A stretch of 64,000 nt of DNA from a virus, in IMG/VR virus record IMGVR_UViG_3300020056_002227, positions 64,001 through 128,000 of that record; one strand, 5' to 3'. Within the stretch, counting starts at the first letter, position 1; the number at the start of each line of letters is the position of its first letter. This document shows positions 8,353 through 17,818 of the stretch, in pieces. The translations under genes were made by a program, and so were the position numbers. The notes under the pieces are model-generated. The model had not been told where the DNA came from and searched no databases. It was given only the letters and a program-made list of their open reading frames with translations.

Positions 8353-10209
8353 TTATCCAGCAGGACTACCTAATGATCTCATAGGACCACCACTAAATAC
8401 TGTACTTACCTCTGTTTTAACATTATCACCTTGTTTGACAACGTGTGTGGTGACTGGTGCATTTGTGGTATTCTGATTAATAATAACAGGACCTTGCATA
8501 TTCGGTGCATTTTCTTCTACAGTACCCAAAACCCTTCCATTGGCATCAATAACACCTAGGTCTCTCATCATCTGGTCATTTAATGCTTTTGCCTCTTCTG
8601 CGGTGAGAGGATTCTCTAGACGTTCAAGGTATGATTGAATTCGCTCTTCATCAGCTCCTGCCAGTACTGCTGTTGCAATTGTCTGATCTTGTTGAGCCTG
8701 TAACCTTTGCAGTTCTGCTACTCTTTCTTTATCAAATTCTGCTTTGGCTCTTGCATATGCTTCGTCAGATTCACCTACATTTCGGCCTTTGCGTGCCCTT
8801 TGAGCTCTAAATTCTTTTTCTGCCAATTCATCAATTTTTTCTTGTATCTCTCTTGCAGATCTTTGTGCTGCAGCAGTAGCTTCCTCTCTGATTGCAGCAT
8901 TCTCAGCCTCTACAATATCTCTTTGGGCTTGAATTGCAGCATTACCGAGACCTATATTCTCTAATTGTTGTTCTGTCAAACTCTTAGAAAGTGCCTCTCG
9001 TTCTTCTAACATTTGCTCTAATTTTGATTCTGCATCTGTCTTGAGGTCTTCAATATTCTCAAGCGAATCTTCCATCACATTTGTAATGGCACCTTCATCA
9101 TATGCATCATCTCTTATTACGTCTGCAATTTTTTCACCGATACCGAGAGCCGCACCTACGGCTGCACCTACCACAGCACCCTTTGGTCCAAACATTAAAC
9201 CAATAGATGCGTATTTTAATACAGTACCACCAAAATCTACTGCATCGTATTTTCTGTTTTTAATCTCATTGGGAGTCATACCCATTACATTTTCGCGAAT
9301 GGCATCACCCATTGCAGGCATCAGAGTATCTAATGCCAACGTTGCCAGACCAGCAACACTAAGACTTCTGAGGTTCGGCATTCTCATGCCTTTTCCTATA
9401 TCCTTACCTCCGAGGCCTCCGCGACGACCGTCGGGATCCACATCTGGAGGAGCGGCACCACCTCTTCTTCTTAGCGCTTCAATTACACCGTAAGAAACTA
9501 AACCATCACGAATCATCTCGGTTACAGGGCCAGCAGCCAATGCGGCCGCACCAATTCCAAGACCTGCCACGGCAGCCGTTCCTGCTGTTGCAGCAAGTTT
9601 CTCTAAATTTTCAGGTGATAATGCTGCTTCCATTTGAGTTAAAATTAATGGAGTCTTCTCTGCTATCAGATTTAAAGATGTGGAAATCTTGTCCCATGCT
9701 GTTGTTGCAATGGAATCGACCATTCGATCTAATCCACCCTCAGTTCTGGAATTGAGATACCCATAACCTATTGTGGCTGCTCCAATACCAAAGGCACCAG
9801 CGGCAAGGAATTTCATATTCTGAAGACCCTTCAATTGCTCGAATAGCCCCTTTCCTTTGCCCTTATCTTTCTCTGCGGCAAGATCATTCTTTAATTTTTC
9901 TGTCTCAACTTTTTCACGCAAGGCCTTTAATTCTGCGGATTCTTGGTTTGCTTCAAGATCATCAAAAGCCCTATCTCGTGCAGCCTGCTCCCTTTCTCTC
10001 TCTGCAATATCTGCTTGAGCACCCATAGATGCTCTCATCGTATCAGTTTGTGCCGCAATATTATTTGAAATGGTATTAAAAATACCTTCAAATTTAGCCA
10101 ATTCGACCTTCACAGAGCGAATTGAATTAGAGCCTGTATTACGTAACAGCCTGCCTTCTGCTTGGAGCTTATCTATGATGGCCTGTGTTTCGGCCGAGAG
10201 TTCAGCCAT
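8353..10209 (-). CDS. probable tape measure / baseplate hub protein (gp29-like)
   Basis: 618 aa with coiled coils, Gly/Ala hydrophobic stretches (GPKGAVVGAAVGAALG) and a C-terminal 'PVIINQNTTNAP' tail; located after gp26/gp51; size similar to T4 gp29. Confidence 0.65.
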   Translation of the reverse strand: MAELSAETQAIIDKLQAEGRLLRNTGSNSIRSVKVELAKFEGIFNTISNNIAAQTDTMRASMGAQADIAEREREQAARDRAFDDLEANQESAELKALREKVETEKLKNDLAAEKDKGKGKGLFEQLKGLQNMKFLAAGAFGIGAATIGYGYLNSRTEGGLDRMVDSIATTAWDKISTSLNLIAEKTPLILTQMEAALSPENLEKLAATAGTAAVAGLGIGAAALAAGPVTEMIRDGLVSYGVIEALRRRGGAAPPDVDPDGRRGGLGGKDIGKGMRMPNLRSLSVAGLATLALDTLMPAMGDAIRENVMGMTPNEIKNRKYDAVDFGGTVLKYASIGLMFGPKGAVVGAAVGAALGIGEKIADVIRDDAYDEGAITNVMEDSLENIEDLKTDAESKLEQMLEEREALSKSLTEQQLENIGLGNAAIQAQRDIVEAENAAIREEATAAAQRSAREIQEKIDELAEKEFRAQRARKGRNVGESDEAYARAKAEFDKERVAELQRLQAQQDQTIATAVLAGADEERIQSYLERLENPLTAEEAKALNDQMMRDLGVIDANGRVLGTVEENAPNMQGPVIINQNTTNAPVTTHVVKQGDNVKTEVSTVFSGGPMRSLGSPAG

Positions 10210-10480
10210 TTACTTCGTTCTCCATGAAACAGTTACTGGGCTTGGGGTAATTGTCACTTAAAAGCATGTTTTCTGCCCACTCGAGTTCTTGAATAAGTCT
10301 GTTATACCAATGAGCATCATAGGCACTATTATTAGGGTTATCTCGCTCGATCTTCAGCATCGAAATGCGCATCTTAACGTATTCTTTTTTGGCCAGTGCC
10401 TTCTTCATTCTACGTTCTTCTCGCTGGAGCAGGCCTAATTTACCTACTGTTGCACATTCAAATTTTTGTTCTACCTTCAT
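10202..10480 (-). CDS. hypothetical protein
   Basis: ATGA-coupled to the gp51 frame; Y..RI..L......WYNRLIQEL.WA pattern. Confidence 0.6.
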   Translation of the reverse strand: MKVEQKFECATVGKLGLLQREERRMKKALAKKEYVKMRISMLKIERDNPNNSAYDAHWYNRLIQELEWAENMLLSDNYPKPSNCFMENEVNG

Positions 10481-10650
10481 TGGTTCTTTTCCTTTTGTTT
10501 TTCGATGTAGTTAATCAACATCTGGAAATATAAATCCCTTTCGTATGGCAACATGCCTTCAATATCTGATATCGAATATTTATGATGCTGTGCCAAAGAA
10601 AATATCATTTGATAATATTCACCGAGACTAACATGACACAGCGTCAGGAA
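10477..10650 (-). CDS. gp51: gp51-like baseplate hub assembly protein (probably C-terminal extension of gp26 via -1 frameshift; first in-frame ATG at 10608)
   Basis: Not in ORF track. Translates FLTLCHVSLGEYYQMIFSLAQHHKYSISDIEGMLPYERDLYFQMLINYIEKQKEKNQ, matching the gp51 pattern L..YY...F.L.QHHKYS...IE.M.P.ER..Y. Confidence 0.85.
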   Translation of the reverse strand, partial: FLTLCHVSLGEYYQMIFSLAQHHKYSISDIEGMLPYERDLYFQMLINYIEKQKEKNQ

Positions 10651-11345
10651 AAAAAACTGCGCATGCCCTCGACTACAAATGTTTTCTCTTTACCTTCCTT
10701 ATTCTTATATTTCATTTCGTGACGCAATTTAGGCATCGTTTCAAAAAATGCTTGAACACCTTTAATTACATCACCTGGCATATCTTCCATGAAAGCATCG
10801 ATCTCTTCTTGCGAGTATTCACTAAAATCGTGTATCTCATCTTCAGAGGCAATTCTATCCAAACATGCGACCATGATATAGTAATTAACTAGCGGATCTT
10901 TAGGATCCAGTTTAATAATCTGACCAAACTCATCGATGGTAGGATATCTTAAAAACAAAACGTAATCTTCGTTTACCCTAACCTCATTCGTGTGAGATTT
11001 ATCCCTCGTGACCTTTACCTTAGTAATATCAAGGTCTAACTGTACGGTTTCTTCTGTGTCTGGATCTTTAATAGTAAACGACACATTATTATCCACGGAT
11101 CTTGCACGTAACTGTAACAGTACATATTCAAGATCAAACATTGCAAGGGTAGAGATATCAATGTCTACCAAACAATTATTTACAATCTGCCTTGCAGCAA
11201 GTAGCTCTTGTTCTGCATCTCCAGATTCTTGTGCCACTAACAGAATTTTTTCTTCTTTAACTGTAAATGGTCTGTATTTTATTTTTCTACCTGTAGACGG
11301 CAACTCCATCTCAGATATTGGCAAATCAATTTTTGGTAAACTCAT
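10644..11345 (-). CDS. gp26: baseplate hub assembly chaperone gp26-like
   Basis: MSLPKI, LPSTG..IKYRPFTVKEEKILL, FDLEY.LL.LRARSV, FFETMPKL, EG..SFF. Confidence 0.9.
   Translation of the reverse strand: MSLPKIDLPISEMELPSTGRKIKYRPFTVKEEKILLVAQESGDAEQELLAARQIVNNCLVDIDISTLAMFDLEYVLLQLRARSVDNNVSFTIKDPDTEETVQLDLDITKVKVTRDKSHTNEVRVNEDYVLFLRYPTIDEFGQIIKLDPKDPLVNYYIMVACLDRIASEDEIHDFSEYSQEEIDAFMEDMPGDVIKGVQAFFETMPKLRHEMKYKNKEGKEKTFVVEGMRSFFS
10649..10656 (-). other. candidate -1 ribosomal frameshift slippery site (U8)
   Basis: Minus strand AGT TTT TTT TCC TGA at the end of gp26; a -1 shift enters the gp51 frame. Confidence 0.7.
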
Positions 11346-11366
11346 GGTATACTTACTCCCAATAAT

Positions 11367-12149
11367 TTAAATTCCTAATGTATTACTAATATTATCAAAC
11401 GAATTAGTTACTCTTGTCACTCTATTTACTGCATCTTGAATCGAGGTGGGTCTTCCAGCTCGAGTCGTTTGTCTCACAACATCTGCAAACCCGGCAACGG
11501 CACCAAGAATATCCAAGAGTCCAGTACCTCGATTCAGGCGAGATGTGGGTGATCCAGTCTTTTCACCAGAATATTCCAATCTCTTATAATTGAACGATAC
11601 TGGTAATGTCAGATAGCTGTCGTTATTCTCCCATGCCAGATCGATATCACCAACAATGGTGGGATAACACTTATCTAATATAACCTCATAATACTTGTCT
11701 GCGAAACTTTCTGTGCTGTAATGCCTAACGGTCATTCGACAAGCATATTCATCCCGGTAGCCTATTTCAAAAGGTAGTTTCTCATCTATCTGAGCAAACG
11801 GCCCACCCTTTGTTCCGTAATTCATAACGCTTTGAGCCCACTGGTGAAAGAAAGAAATAACCTGATGATCTGAATCACACATAAAAATTGTTTCCAATGG
11901 CCTCGCGGAGATTCCGGTTGGTAACAATGATGGCAATTGTCCTACCTGAGCATTTTCTGTCGTATTAAAAATGATGCCCGGCATGTTAACCGACTTACAG
12001 AAAAATGTAAATTCTCTGGTTCCAAATACTTTATTTTCAGCAAGAGTGCTATCCTTATAAGGAGTCATCGTAACTTCAAATAAAGATGATCGAGCCGGAC
12101 CTCCGAATCGATTCATTGTTGATTTGAATTGAGTTATATCGAATGGCAT
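11367..12149 (-). CDS. gp54: baseplate-tail tube initiator (tail-tube fold)
   Basis: GGPAR..LFEV, C.SV.MPG, FFHQW, Y.D.Y, CYP..VG...L.W, V.F.Y. Confidence 0.75.
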   Translation of the reverse strand: MPFDITQFKSTMNRFGGPARSSLFEVTMTPYKDSTLAENKVFGTREFTFFCKSVNMPGIIFNTTENAQVGQLPSLLPTGISARPLETIFMCDSDHQVISFFHQWAQSVMNYGTKGGPFAQIDEKLPFEIGYRDEYACRMTVRHYSTESFADKYYEVILDKCYPTIVGDIDLAWENNDSYLTLPVSFNYKRLEYSGEKTGSPTSRLNRGTGLLDILGAVAGFADVVRQTTRAGRPTSIQDAVNRVTRVTNSFDNISNTLGI

Positions 12150-12152
12150 TTA

Positions 12153-12764
12153 TTATCCTCTGATTATTCTTCTTGAGTCGGCATAAACTTTTTGTTTTGA
12201 TGCTCCGACAAATTTAGCCATTGGTAAGAAAAGAGCAATGTCCCATTCACTGGGATTGATATAAACAAACCTGGATCTCGTCTGTGCATTCAAATAATGT
12301 TTAATACAAGGTTTGAATTCTTTAAATTTTGCTGCGCTACTCAATAATTCATATGATATTCTTAATTTCGTTGTCTCGTCATATTTCTTATTAGTAAGAT
12401 TTCCATATAGTGCATCCATTAATTTTGCACGTAGCACAGGAGGTAGATAGTGTACGTTAATACCCATAAACCCACCTTTTGCTTTATTTATCGGAAAAAT
12501 CAGCGGAAATCGATCCCAATAGGGTAGTGTATCTTTGTGTTTGGCATCGTATTCGAAAAGATACATATTGCCAACAACCGGTGTACTGACCATTTCACTC
12601 TTAGATTGTTTAATTACATTCTCACCGGTGACTCCAGTCTTAGATCCAGATTTGGACATTGCTTGAGCCTGATTTCGATACCACTCCCTAGCCTTAGTAG
12701 TCCGTGCAGGGACATTACCAGCACGAATACCTTTAGCTAGAATCTTATCGAATATTTCTGCCAA
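12153..12764 (-). CDS. gp2: DNA end protector protein
   Basis: G.MYLF.YDAKHK.TLPYWDRFPL, GIN.HYLPP..RA, PCIKHYL, W.IA.FLP. Confidence 0.92.
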   Translation of the reverse strand: MAEIFDKILAKGIRAGNVPARTTKAREWYRNQAQAMSKSGSKTGVTGENVIKQSKSEMVSTPVVGNMYLFEYDAKHKDTLPYWDRFPLIFPINKAKGGFMGINVHYLPPVLRAKLMDALYGNLTNKKYDETTKLRISYELLSSAAKFKEFKPCIKHYLNAQTRSRFVYINPSEWDIALFLPMAKFVGASKQKVYADSRRIIRG

Positions 12765-12765
12765 T

Positions 12766-13221
12766 TTATACTCCTAATTCTTTTTCGGTCATGATGATAA
12801 AGTTCCAGCCCCTATCAGCACAAAAACTTCTTGCAGCCTTCCACTTTGCATCATTCACACCCCACGTCTTAACCTCATTTAGATACCGTCTTGATACTCT
12901 GCCAGTTTTTGTAGCATTTTTCTTTCGGGGGTCTGGTGGTAGAGTTTGTTTATATGGCTTTATCTCAATCATCGTTGTTTGCTTTGTACCGTCTGTCTTT
13001 TTCGTGTGAACAATCACATCGGGAAAATACCGATGGATTCTGCCGTCAATTGGAGATCTATAAGGTACGATTACCTCTTCAGATTGCCACCAAATTACAT
13101 CTGGGTGTGTGTCGCAATGTTTAAAAAACTTAAATTCCCACAAAGACCTATAAATAATCTTTGTAGGATCACCCTTGTATTTTCGGGGGTTCTTTGGTCT
13201 GAATCTCCCATTGTAAGCCAT
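12766..13221 (-). CDS. gp4: head completion nuclease (TnsA-like)
   Basis: MAY.G.F.PKNP.KYKGD, YRSLWE, W.SEE, HRYFPD, IEIKP, N.AKW.AA, TEKEL. Confidence 0.95.
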   Translation of the reverse strand: MAYNGRFRPKNPRKYKGDPTKIIYRSLWEFKFFKHCDTHPDVIWWQSEEVIVPYRSPIDGRIHRYFPDVIVHTKKTDGTKQTTMIEIKPYKQTLPPDPRKKNATKTGRVSRRYLNEVKTWGVNDAKWKAARSFCADRGWNFIIMTEKELGV

Positions 13222-13242
13222 CTTTCTCTCTTCACATTTCCA

Positions 13243-13274
13243 TATAAATAAACTCTATACTCATTGTATTTATT
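13243..13274. promoter_or_regulatory. pair of opposed late promoters for the divergent tail operons
   Basis: TATAAATA on + (13243-13250) and AATAAATA on - (13267-13274) in the 75-bp gp4/gp48 intergenic region. Confidence 0.75.
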
Positions 13275-13296
13275 CAAAAAAACAGGTAACCAATAA

Positions 13297-14334
13297 ATGG
13301 CCAATTTTACTCGACCCGAGAGGCTAAAACAAGCAGAGTATTCTAAAAAGCACTCTCTACTCTCGTTTCCAAGTACACCATTGCCGCACGGAATTCTTCT
13401 ACTCTTTAAAGAATATGATTATGCAGCAGTAGGTGGAGAAGGTGGTGATGACTATAATAGCCTAACGAGTGGTCTTTTTGCTGGACTGTCTGGTGGAACT
13501 GATAAGCCACCACCGTCGAATGTTTCTTCAATTGAATTGCCGTTTCCAAAAACCCTTACGGACCAACACGGTATCAAGGTAAATGGTTTTGACAGAAGTT
13601 TTCTATCAGAAAGACTTTCCTCATTTGCCGCAAGTGCACTAGGTGGAAGTATTGCTGAAGGTGGTGATAGGGTGGCAGGTGCAGTGTCTGATGCTGCTGG
13701 CATGGGAAAGGATGTTCTTTCCAAATTAAAGACCATCGGCGAGAGATTAAATACAGATCCCTCTGGTGTAAAGGAAGACCTCAGATCTCTTTTAGGTAGT
13801 TCGGGGCAACAAGCCAAACAGGTAATGACATATTTGCTACAGAATTATTCTGGTGATATAGGAAGAGCAATGAGTGCTGCAACTGGTGCAGCAATCAACC
13901 CAAATGAAACCCTTGCGTTTGAAGGTGTTGATCTAAAAACATTTTCATTTACATGGGATCTGTTCCCAGAAAACGAACAAGATTCTGAAAATATCAAAAA
14001 GATAGTTCAATTAATACGACAAAACATACTGCCCGATTATGGTGCGTTTGAAGGACTCAGTGTTGAGAGAGCATTGCTTACTTATCCATCCGTTTGTTTT
14101 ATTGAATTGCTTGGAGTAGACAATTCCCACTGGCCTAAATTTAAACCTTGTTTGGTATCGAACGTCTCACTTGACTATGGTGCCGGTGGTATGATAGGCA
14201 TCTTAAAGGGAGGTCGTCCTGTTGCTGTTCAACTCCAAATGACATTTAATGAATTGACAATCCACACGAGACAGGATTACCCAGGTGATACAGCGACGGC
14301 ACCTCAAGCGGAGGCAGAGAACACTGAAGGATAA
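13297..14334 (+). CDS. gp48: baseplate tail tube cap
   Basis: IELPFP, NPN..LAFEGVDLKTFSF.W.L.P.N..DS..I..I, LTYP, KFKPC....V..DY, F.E. Confidence 0.88.
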   Translation: MANFTRPERLKQAEYSKKHSLLSFPSTPLPHGILLLFKEYDYAAVGGEGGDDYNSLTSGLFAGLSGGTDKPPPSNVSSIELPFPKTLTDQHGIKVNGFDRSFLSERLSSFAASALGGSIAEGGDRVAGAVSDAAGMGKDVLSKLKTIGERLNTDPSGVKEDLRSLLGSSGQQAKQVMTYLLQNYSGDIGRAMSAATGAAINPNETLAFEGVDLKTFSFTWDLFPENEQDSENIKKIVQLIRQNILPDYGAFEGLSVERALLTYPSVCFIELLGVDNSHWPKFKPCLVSNVSLDYGAGGMIGILKGGRPVAVQLQMTFNELTIHTRQDYPGDTATAPQAEAENTEG

Positions 14335-14337
14335 GAT

Positions 14338-14715
14338 ATGACAAAATATTTTGAGCCCTTTCCGACAATAGAATATCAAGGTAGATTGGTAAAAGATATT
14401 ACTCGCAGAAATAATTTCATGCGCAGTATTACGAACAACCCATATCTATTTTTACCCTACACTGTTTCCGAAGGCGAGAGACCAGAAGATGTCGCACAAT
14501 TTTATTATGGGTCAGTCGATTATGTTTGGTTAATTTATCTTGCAAATAATATCATTGATCCCTATCACGCATGGCCTATGGATGAATTTACATTCAATAA
14601 CTACATAATTAACAAGTATCAAGAACAGTCTGGCCTTGAAGGTGATGATGTGGTTGCTTGGACACAGAGTGATACAGATGAAAATATTGTCTACTATGTA
14701 AGAGAGATTAACTAA
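14338..14715 (+). CDS. gp53: baseplate wedge gp53, N-terminal part
   Basis: YF..FP.I.Y, Y.V.EGERPE.VA..YYG...Y.WLI.LANNIIDPY..WP. Confidence 0.85.
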   Translation: MTKYFEPFPTIEYQGRLVKDITRRNNFMRSITNNPYLFLPYTVSEGERPEDVAQFYYGSVDYVWLIYLANNIIDPYHAWPMDEFTFNNYIINKYQEQSGLEGDDVVAWTQSDTDENIVYYVREIN

Positions 14716-14978
14716 TGGCAGTCGACGAGATCATCCTAGCTCCAGAATCGTTTCAAACGATTTATCTCCGAAGGGAAGATAGAGTAATTCTACGAACGGA
14801 GCAAGGTAGAAAAATTATTATCAAAAGAATTGTACCGGAAGAATGGAAACCTTACCGCATCTACGATTATGAAAGGGATTTGAACGAAAACAAGAAAGAG
14901 ATTTTCTTATTCGATAAAAGATTCTTATCGCAACTATCAAAAGAGTATGTTGATGCCCTGCGTAATTCTAGCGAGTAA
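14715..14978 (+). CDS. baseplate wedge gp53, C-terminal part (separate gene)
   Basis: YDYE..LNENKKEI.L matches the gp53 C-terminal motif; TAATG coupling. Confidence 0.7.
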   Translation: MAVDEIILAPESFQTIYLRREDRVILRTEQGRKIIIKRIVPEEWKPYRIYDYERDLNENKKEIFLFDKRFLSQLSKEYVDALRNSSE

Positions 14979-14980
14979 AT

Positions 14981-16342
14981 ATGTCAGGTAATTTCAACCC
15001 ATCAAAAGCCTTAATTACAAAGGCCTTGCTTAAAAATCTTTCGGGTGCTACCGAAGAGATTACTGCACTCATTGGTGGCTTTGAAATTAAACAGTCAATT
15101 GCAAGTACCGCTTGGAATATTGTGTTGTCAGTTGGAGACTCTATAGGTTTACTCGAAGGGGCCAGAGAATTTGGTGAACTAAAAGGTGAAGAAGAGATAG
15201 AATTAGAAATTCAATGCATGGACTTTGAACCTCCTACAAAGGTGATATTGAATGCATATGTAATTCGAATCGATAACGTACAGCCAATGGGTAGTGGTAG
15301 AGGTTTGTTTTATGATATGCACCTCATTTCTAAAACTACCTTTGAGGCGTCAACAAAAAGAGTGACTAGTGCATTTAAAGAAAGAACAGCTAGTAAAGTA
15401 GCGCAAGAAATATTCAGTCAATATTATGGTAAAATGGGTGGGACCAGTAATATGGCAGCACAACAATTACCCTACCCAAAAGATGTTAGGAAAAGTCTAG
15501 GGTTGAAGGCTGTCTATTTCGAAGAGTCTGCTGATACATTGAGCCTTGCAACAATCATACCGAATCTACCTGCTGCCAGCGCAATGGAATTTGTAGCAAA
15601 TCGCTCTTATAGTGAAAAGAGTAAATCGTCATCATTTAGATTTTTCGAAACATTGACTAGCTACTTTTGGGTATCAGATGAGTGGTTAATTGAGTTTGGT
15701 AATAGAAATCCAGGCCGAAATATGCCACTCGTTTATAACCCTATCTCATCCTTAGATCCAAGAGATAAAGATTTAATGAGAAAGACTATTGAAAATATGT
15801 ACAATGATAAACGTGTAAGTGATATGGATGATATTCATTCTGGTGGATATAAAAATAGAGCTTTTATCATTGACCTTCTAAGAGGTAAGGTTGAAGATAA
15901 GACCTTTGAATATAAACCAGGCGAATTTGTCGAGATGGGTGGTGGTTCAATAACGAACGATACCCATACCAATCAATGGATCAATAAGTACACTACAAAA
16001 AATAATGCTCAACGGTTTTTCGTTTATAAAGACTACAAAGAAAAAAATCCTGGTGTTAATAGACCAAATCAATTCCATGCAGAAATTGTTTCTCAGCGAT
16101 TGAAGCACGAACACCACATTAATTATATGACGGCAACTGCAAAATTAAAAGGTAGATTAGATATTGAGCCGGGAATGATTGTAGATATAAAAGCATCGAA
16201 AATGAGTAATGTTGGAACCAAAGAAGGGGAAGAGAATAAAAGGCTATCAGGTAACTATCTGGTTCACTCTACCAACCATACGATGACGAATAATGTTTTA
16301 GAAACACAATTGACATTAATTAGATATATGAGTGAGAAGTGA
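14981..16342 (+). CDS. baseplate hub protein (gp27-like)
   Basis: Between gp53 and gp5; D..GL......GEE.I, F.FFET...Y, G...I.PG..V.I, LSG.YLV....H. Confidence 0.65.
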   Translation: MSGNFNPSKALITKALLKNLSGATEEITALIGGFEIKQSIASTAWNIVLSVGDSIGLLEGAREFGELKGEEEIELEIQCMDFEPPTKVILNAYVIRIDNVQPMGSGRGLFYDMHLISKTTFEASTKRVTSAFKERTASKVAQEIFSQYYGKMGGTSNMAAQQLPYPKDVRKSLGLKAVYFEESADTLSLATIIPNLPAASAMEFVANRSYSEKSKSSSFRFFETLTSYFWVSDEWLIEFGNRNPGRNMPLVYNPISSLDPRDKDLMRKTIENMYNDKRVSDMDDIHSGGYKNRAFIIDLLRGKVEDKTFEYKPGEFVEMGGGSITNDTHTNQWINKYTTKNNAQRFFVYKDYKEKNPGVNRPNQFHAEIVSQRLKHEHHINYMTATAKLKGRLDIEPGMIVDIKASKMSNVGTKEGEENKRLSGNYLVHSTNHTMTNNVLETQLTLIRYMSEK

Positions 16343-16349
16343 GGGATTT

Positions 16350-17816
16350 ATGTCATTTGAATTAGGTGTAGGAATACGAGAACCACTTTTCTTTTTAGGT
16401 ATCATCGAAGATAATGATGATCCTACACTGATGGGTCGGGTTAAGGTACGTGCATTTAGTATCCACGGAACAAAAGAGGAAGTAAAAACAGAAGACTTAC
16501 CTTGGGCAATGGTGGCACACGGTAATTATGACCCGAATAATTTCTTGCCCTCGATCAACTCTTTTGTTTACGGCATGTTCTTAGATGGTCGATCCGCGCA
16601 GGTACCAGTTGTTCTGGGATTGCTTCCAACCCAATTCGTCGAGCCTGTAGATGACACGAAGATGGGCAGTATTCCAAAAAGAGATGGTAAATTACTAGCA
16701 AAAGGTTTTTCTCCAAGAGATGCTGGACAAGCTCAAATGTCTCGTTTGGCTCGTGGTGAAAATATCGAAGAGACTGGAGTCGCATCACAGGAAGTAAATC
16801 GAATCGAAGGCTTTAGAATTGGTGGTACAGATAAGAAATGGAGTGAACCCCAGACTGCATATGCTACCAAATATCCACACAATCGTGTTATCGAAACGGT
16901 ACACCATTCAATCGAACTAGATGATTCACCAGGTGGTGAACGAATTACGATTCGACACAAAGAAGGTTCATATATTCAAATTGATTCGATGGGTAATGTT
17001 GCAGAAAAATCCAAAGGAGCAAGACACGAGGTTACTACGAAAAACAGATATGAAGGTACTGGTGCTAACCACGTAGTGACGATCGGTGGTGATGCGCACG
17101 TTTATGTGAAAGGTAATAAGACCGAAGAGATTGAAGGAAATTATAATCTACTGGTGCACGGAAATGCTCAATTTGGTGTTGGTGGCCAGATGAATTTGAA
17201 TGGTGGTGATCAGATACAAATGAGAGCCGCAGATGTGAAGATTCAAGCCAACGTCGGTACTATGGCAATCAACGCAGAGAAAGAATTGCAGATACAGGGC
17301 AAGACTCGACTTAATATTAAATCAAATAACATTTATTTCCATGCAAATCTGAATCCGTTAAGCCCACTGAGTGGTAAATTTGAGGTGTTTGCAGACACAA
17401 GTACAAAACTTTTCTCTGGCACCGATGTACATATTAGATCGTCAAATATGTTTATTGATAATCATGGTCTCATCCCTTCACTCAACGGTACAGGATTTAA
17501 TGTCAGGAGCAATACTGGATTATTCATGGAATCGACTGTTGGGCCGGCTCATATCAAATCAAATACCCAAATGTCTTTACAAAGCATTGCAAATGTAAGT
17601 ATTTCGGGTCTCAGTGTATTCATTGATGATACCATCTCTATGGCAATGGGACTAGCAATCCCTGCAGCATCACCTGGAGTTCCATCATTTGCACTACCCA
17701 CCATCGATGCGGCAGAGTGTTCAATGCCGGAACCTCCTTCAAGGTCTTCGGCCCTTTCTTATATCAAATTCGAAAATACCCAATCTACCGGTGGGTATGT
17801 TTCGGCTGAGGAATAA
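16350..17816 (+). CDS. gp5: baseplate hub/spike protein gp5 (OB-fold + beta-helix, no lysozyme domain)
   Basis: G.IED..DP..MGRVKVR...H, LPWA, YPHNRV.ET..H.IE.DDSPG.ERI...H..G, V.G repeats; ATG 16350 after GAGGGA. Confidence 0.88.
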   Translation: MSFELGVGIREPLFFLGIIEDNDDPTLMGRVKVRAFSIHGTKEEVKTEDLPWAMVAHGNYDPNNFLPSINSFVYGMFLDGRSAQVPVVLGLLPTQFVEPVDDTKMGSIPKRDGKLLAKGFSPRDAGQAQMSRLARGENIEETGVASQEVNRIEGFRIGGTDKKWSEPQTAYATKYPHNRVIETVHHSIELDDSPGGERITIRHKEGSYIQIDSMGNVAEKSKGARHEVTTKNRYEGTGANHVVTIGGDAHVYVKGNKTEEIEGNYNLLVHGNAQFGVGGQMNLNGGDQIQMRAADVKIQANVGTMAINAEKELQIQGKTRLNIKSNNIYFHANLNPLSPLSGKFEVFADTSTKLFSGTDVHIRSSNMFIDNHGLIPSLNGTGFNVRSNTGLFMESTVGPAHIKSNTQMSLQSIANVSISGLSVFIDDTISMAMGLAIPAASPGVPSFALPTIDAAECSMPEPPSRSSALSYIKFENTQSTGGYVSAEE

Positions 17817-17818
17817 AA

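Noticed and set aside
13149-13156. Extra TATAAATA on the + strand inside gp4
   Set aside because: Explained by the conserved IIYRS coding sequence on the opposite strand; a better placed promoter exists at 13243
14700-14720. Programmed frameshift rejoining the gp53 halves
   Set aside because: No slippery heptamer, and the -1 frame has a stop just upstream of its ATG
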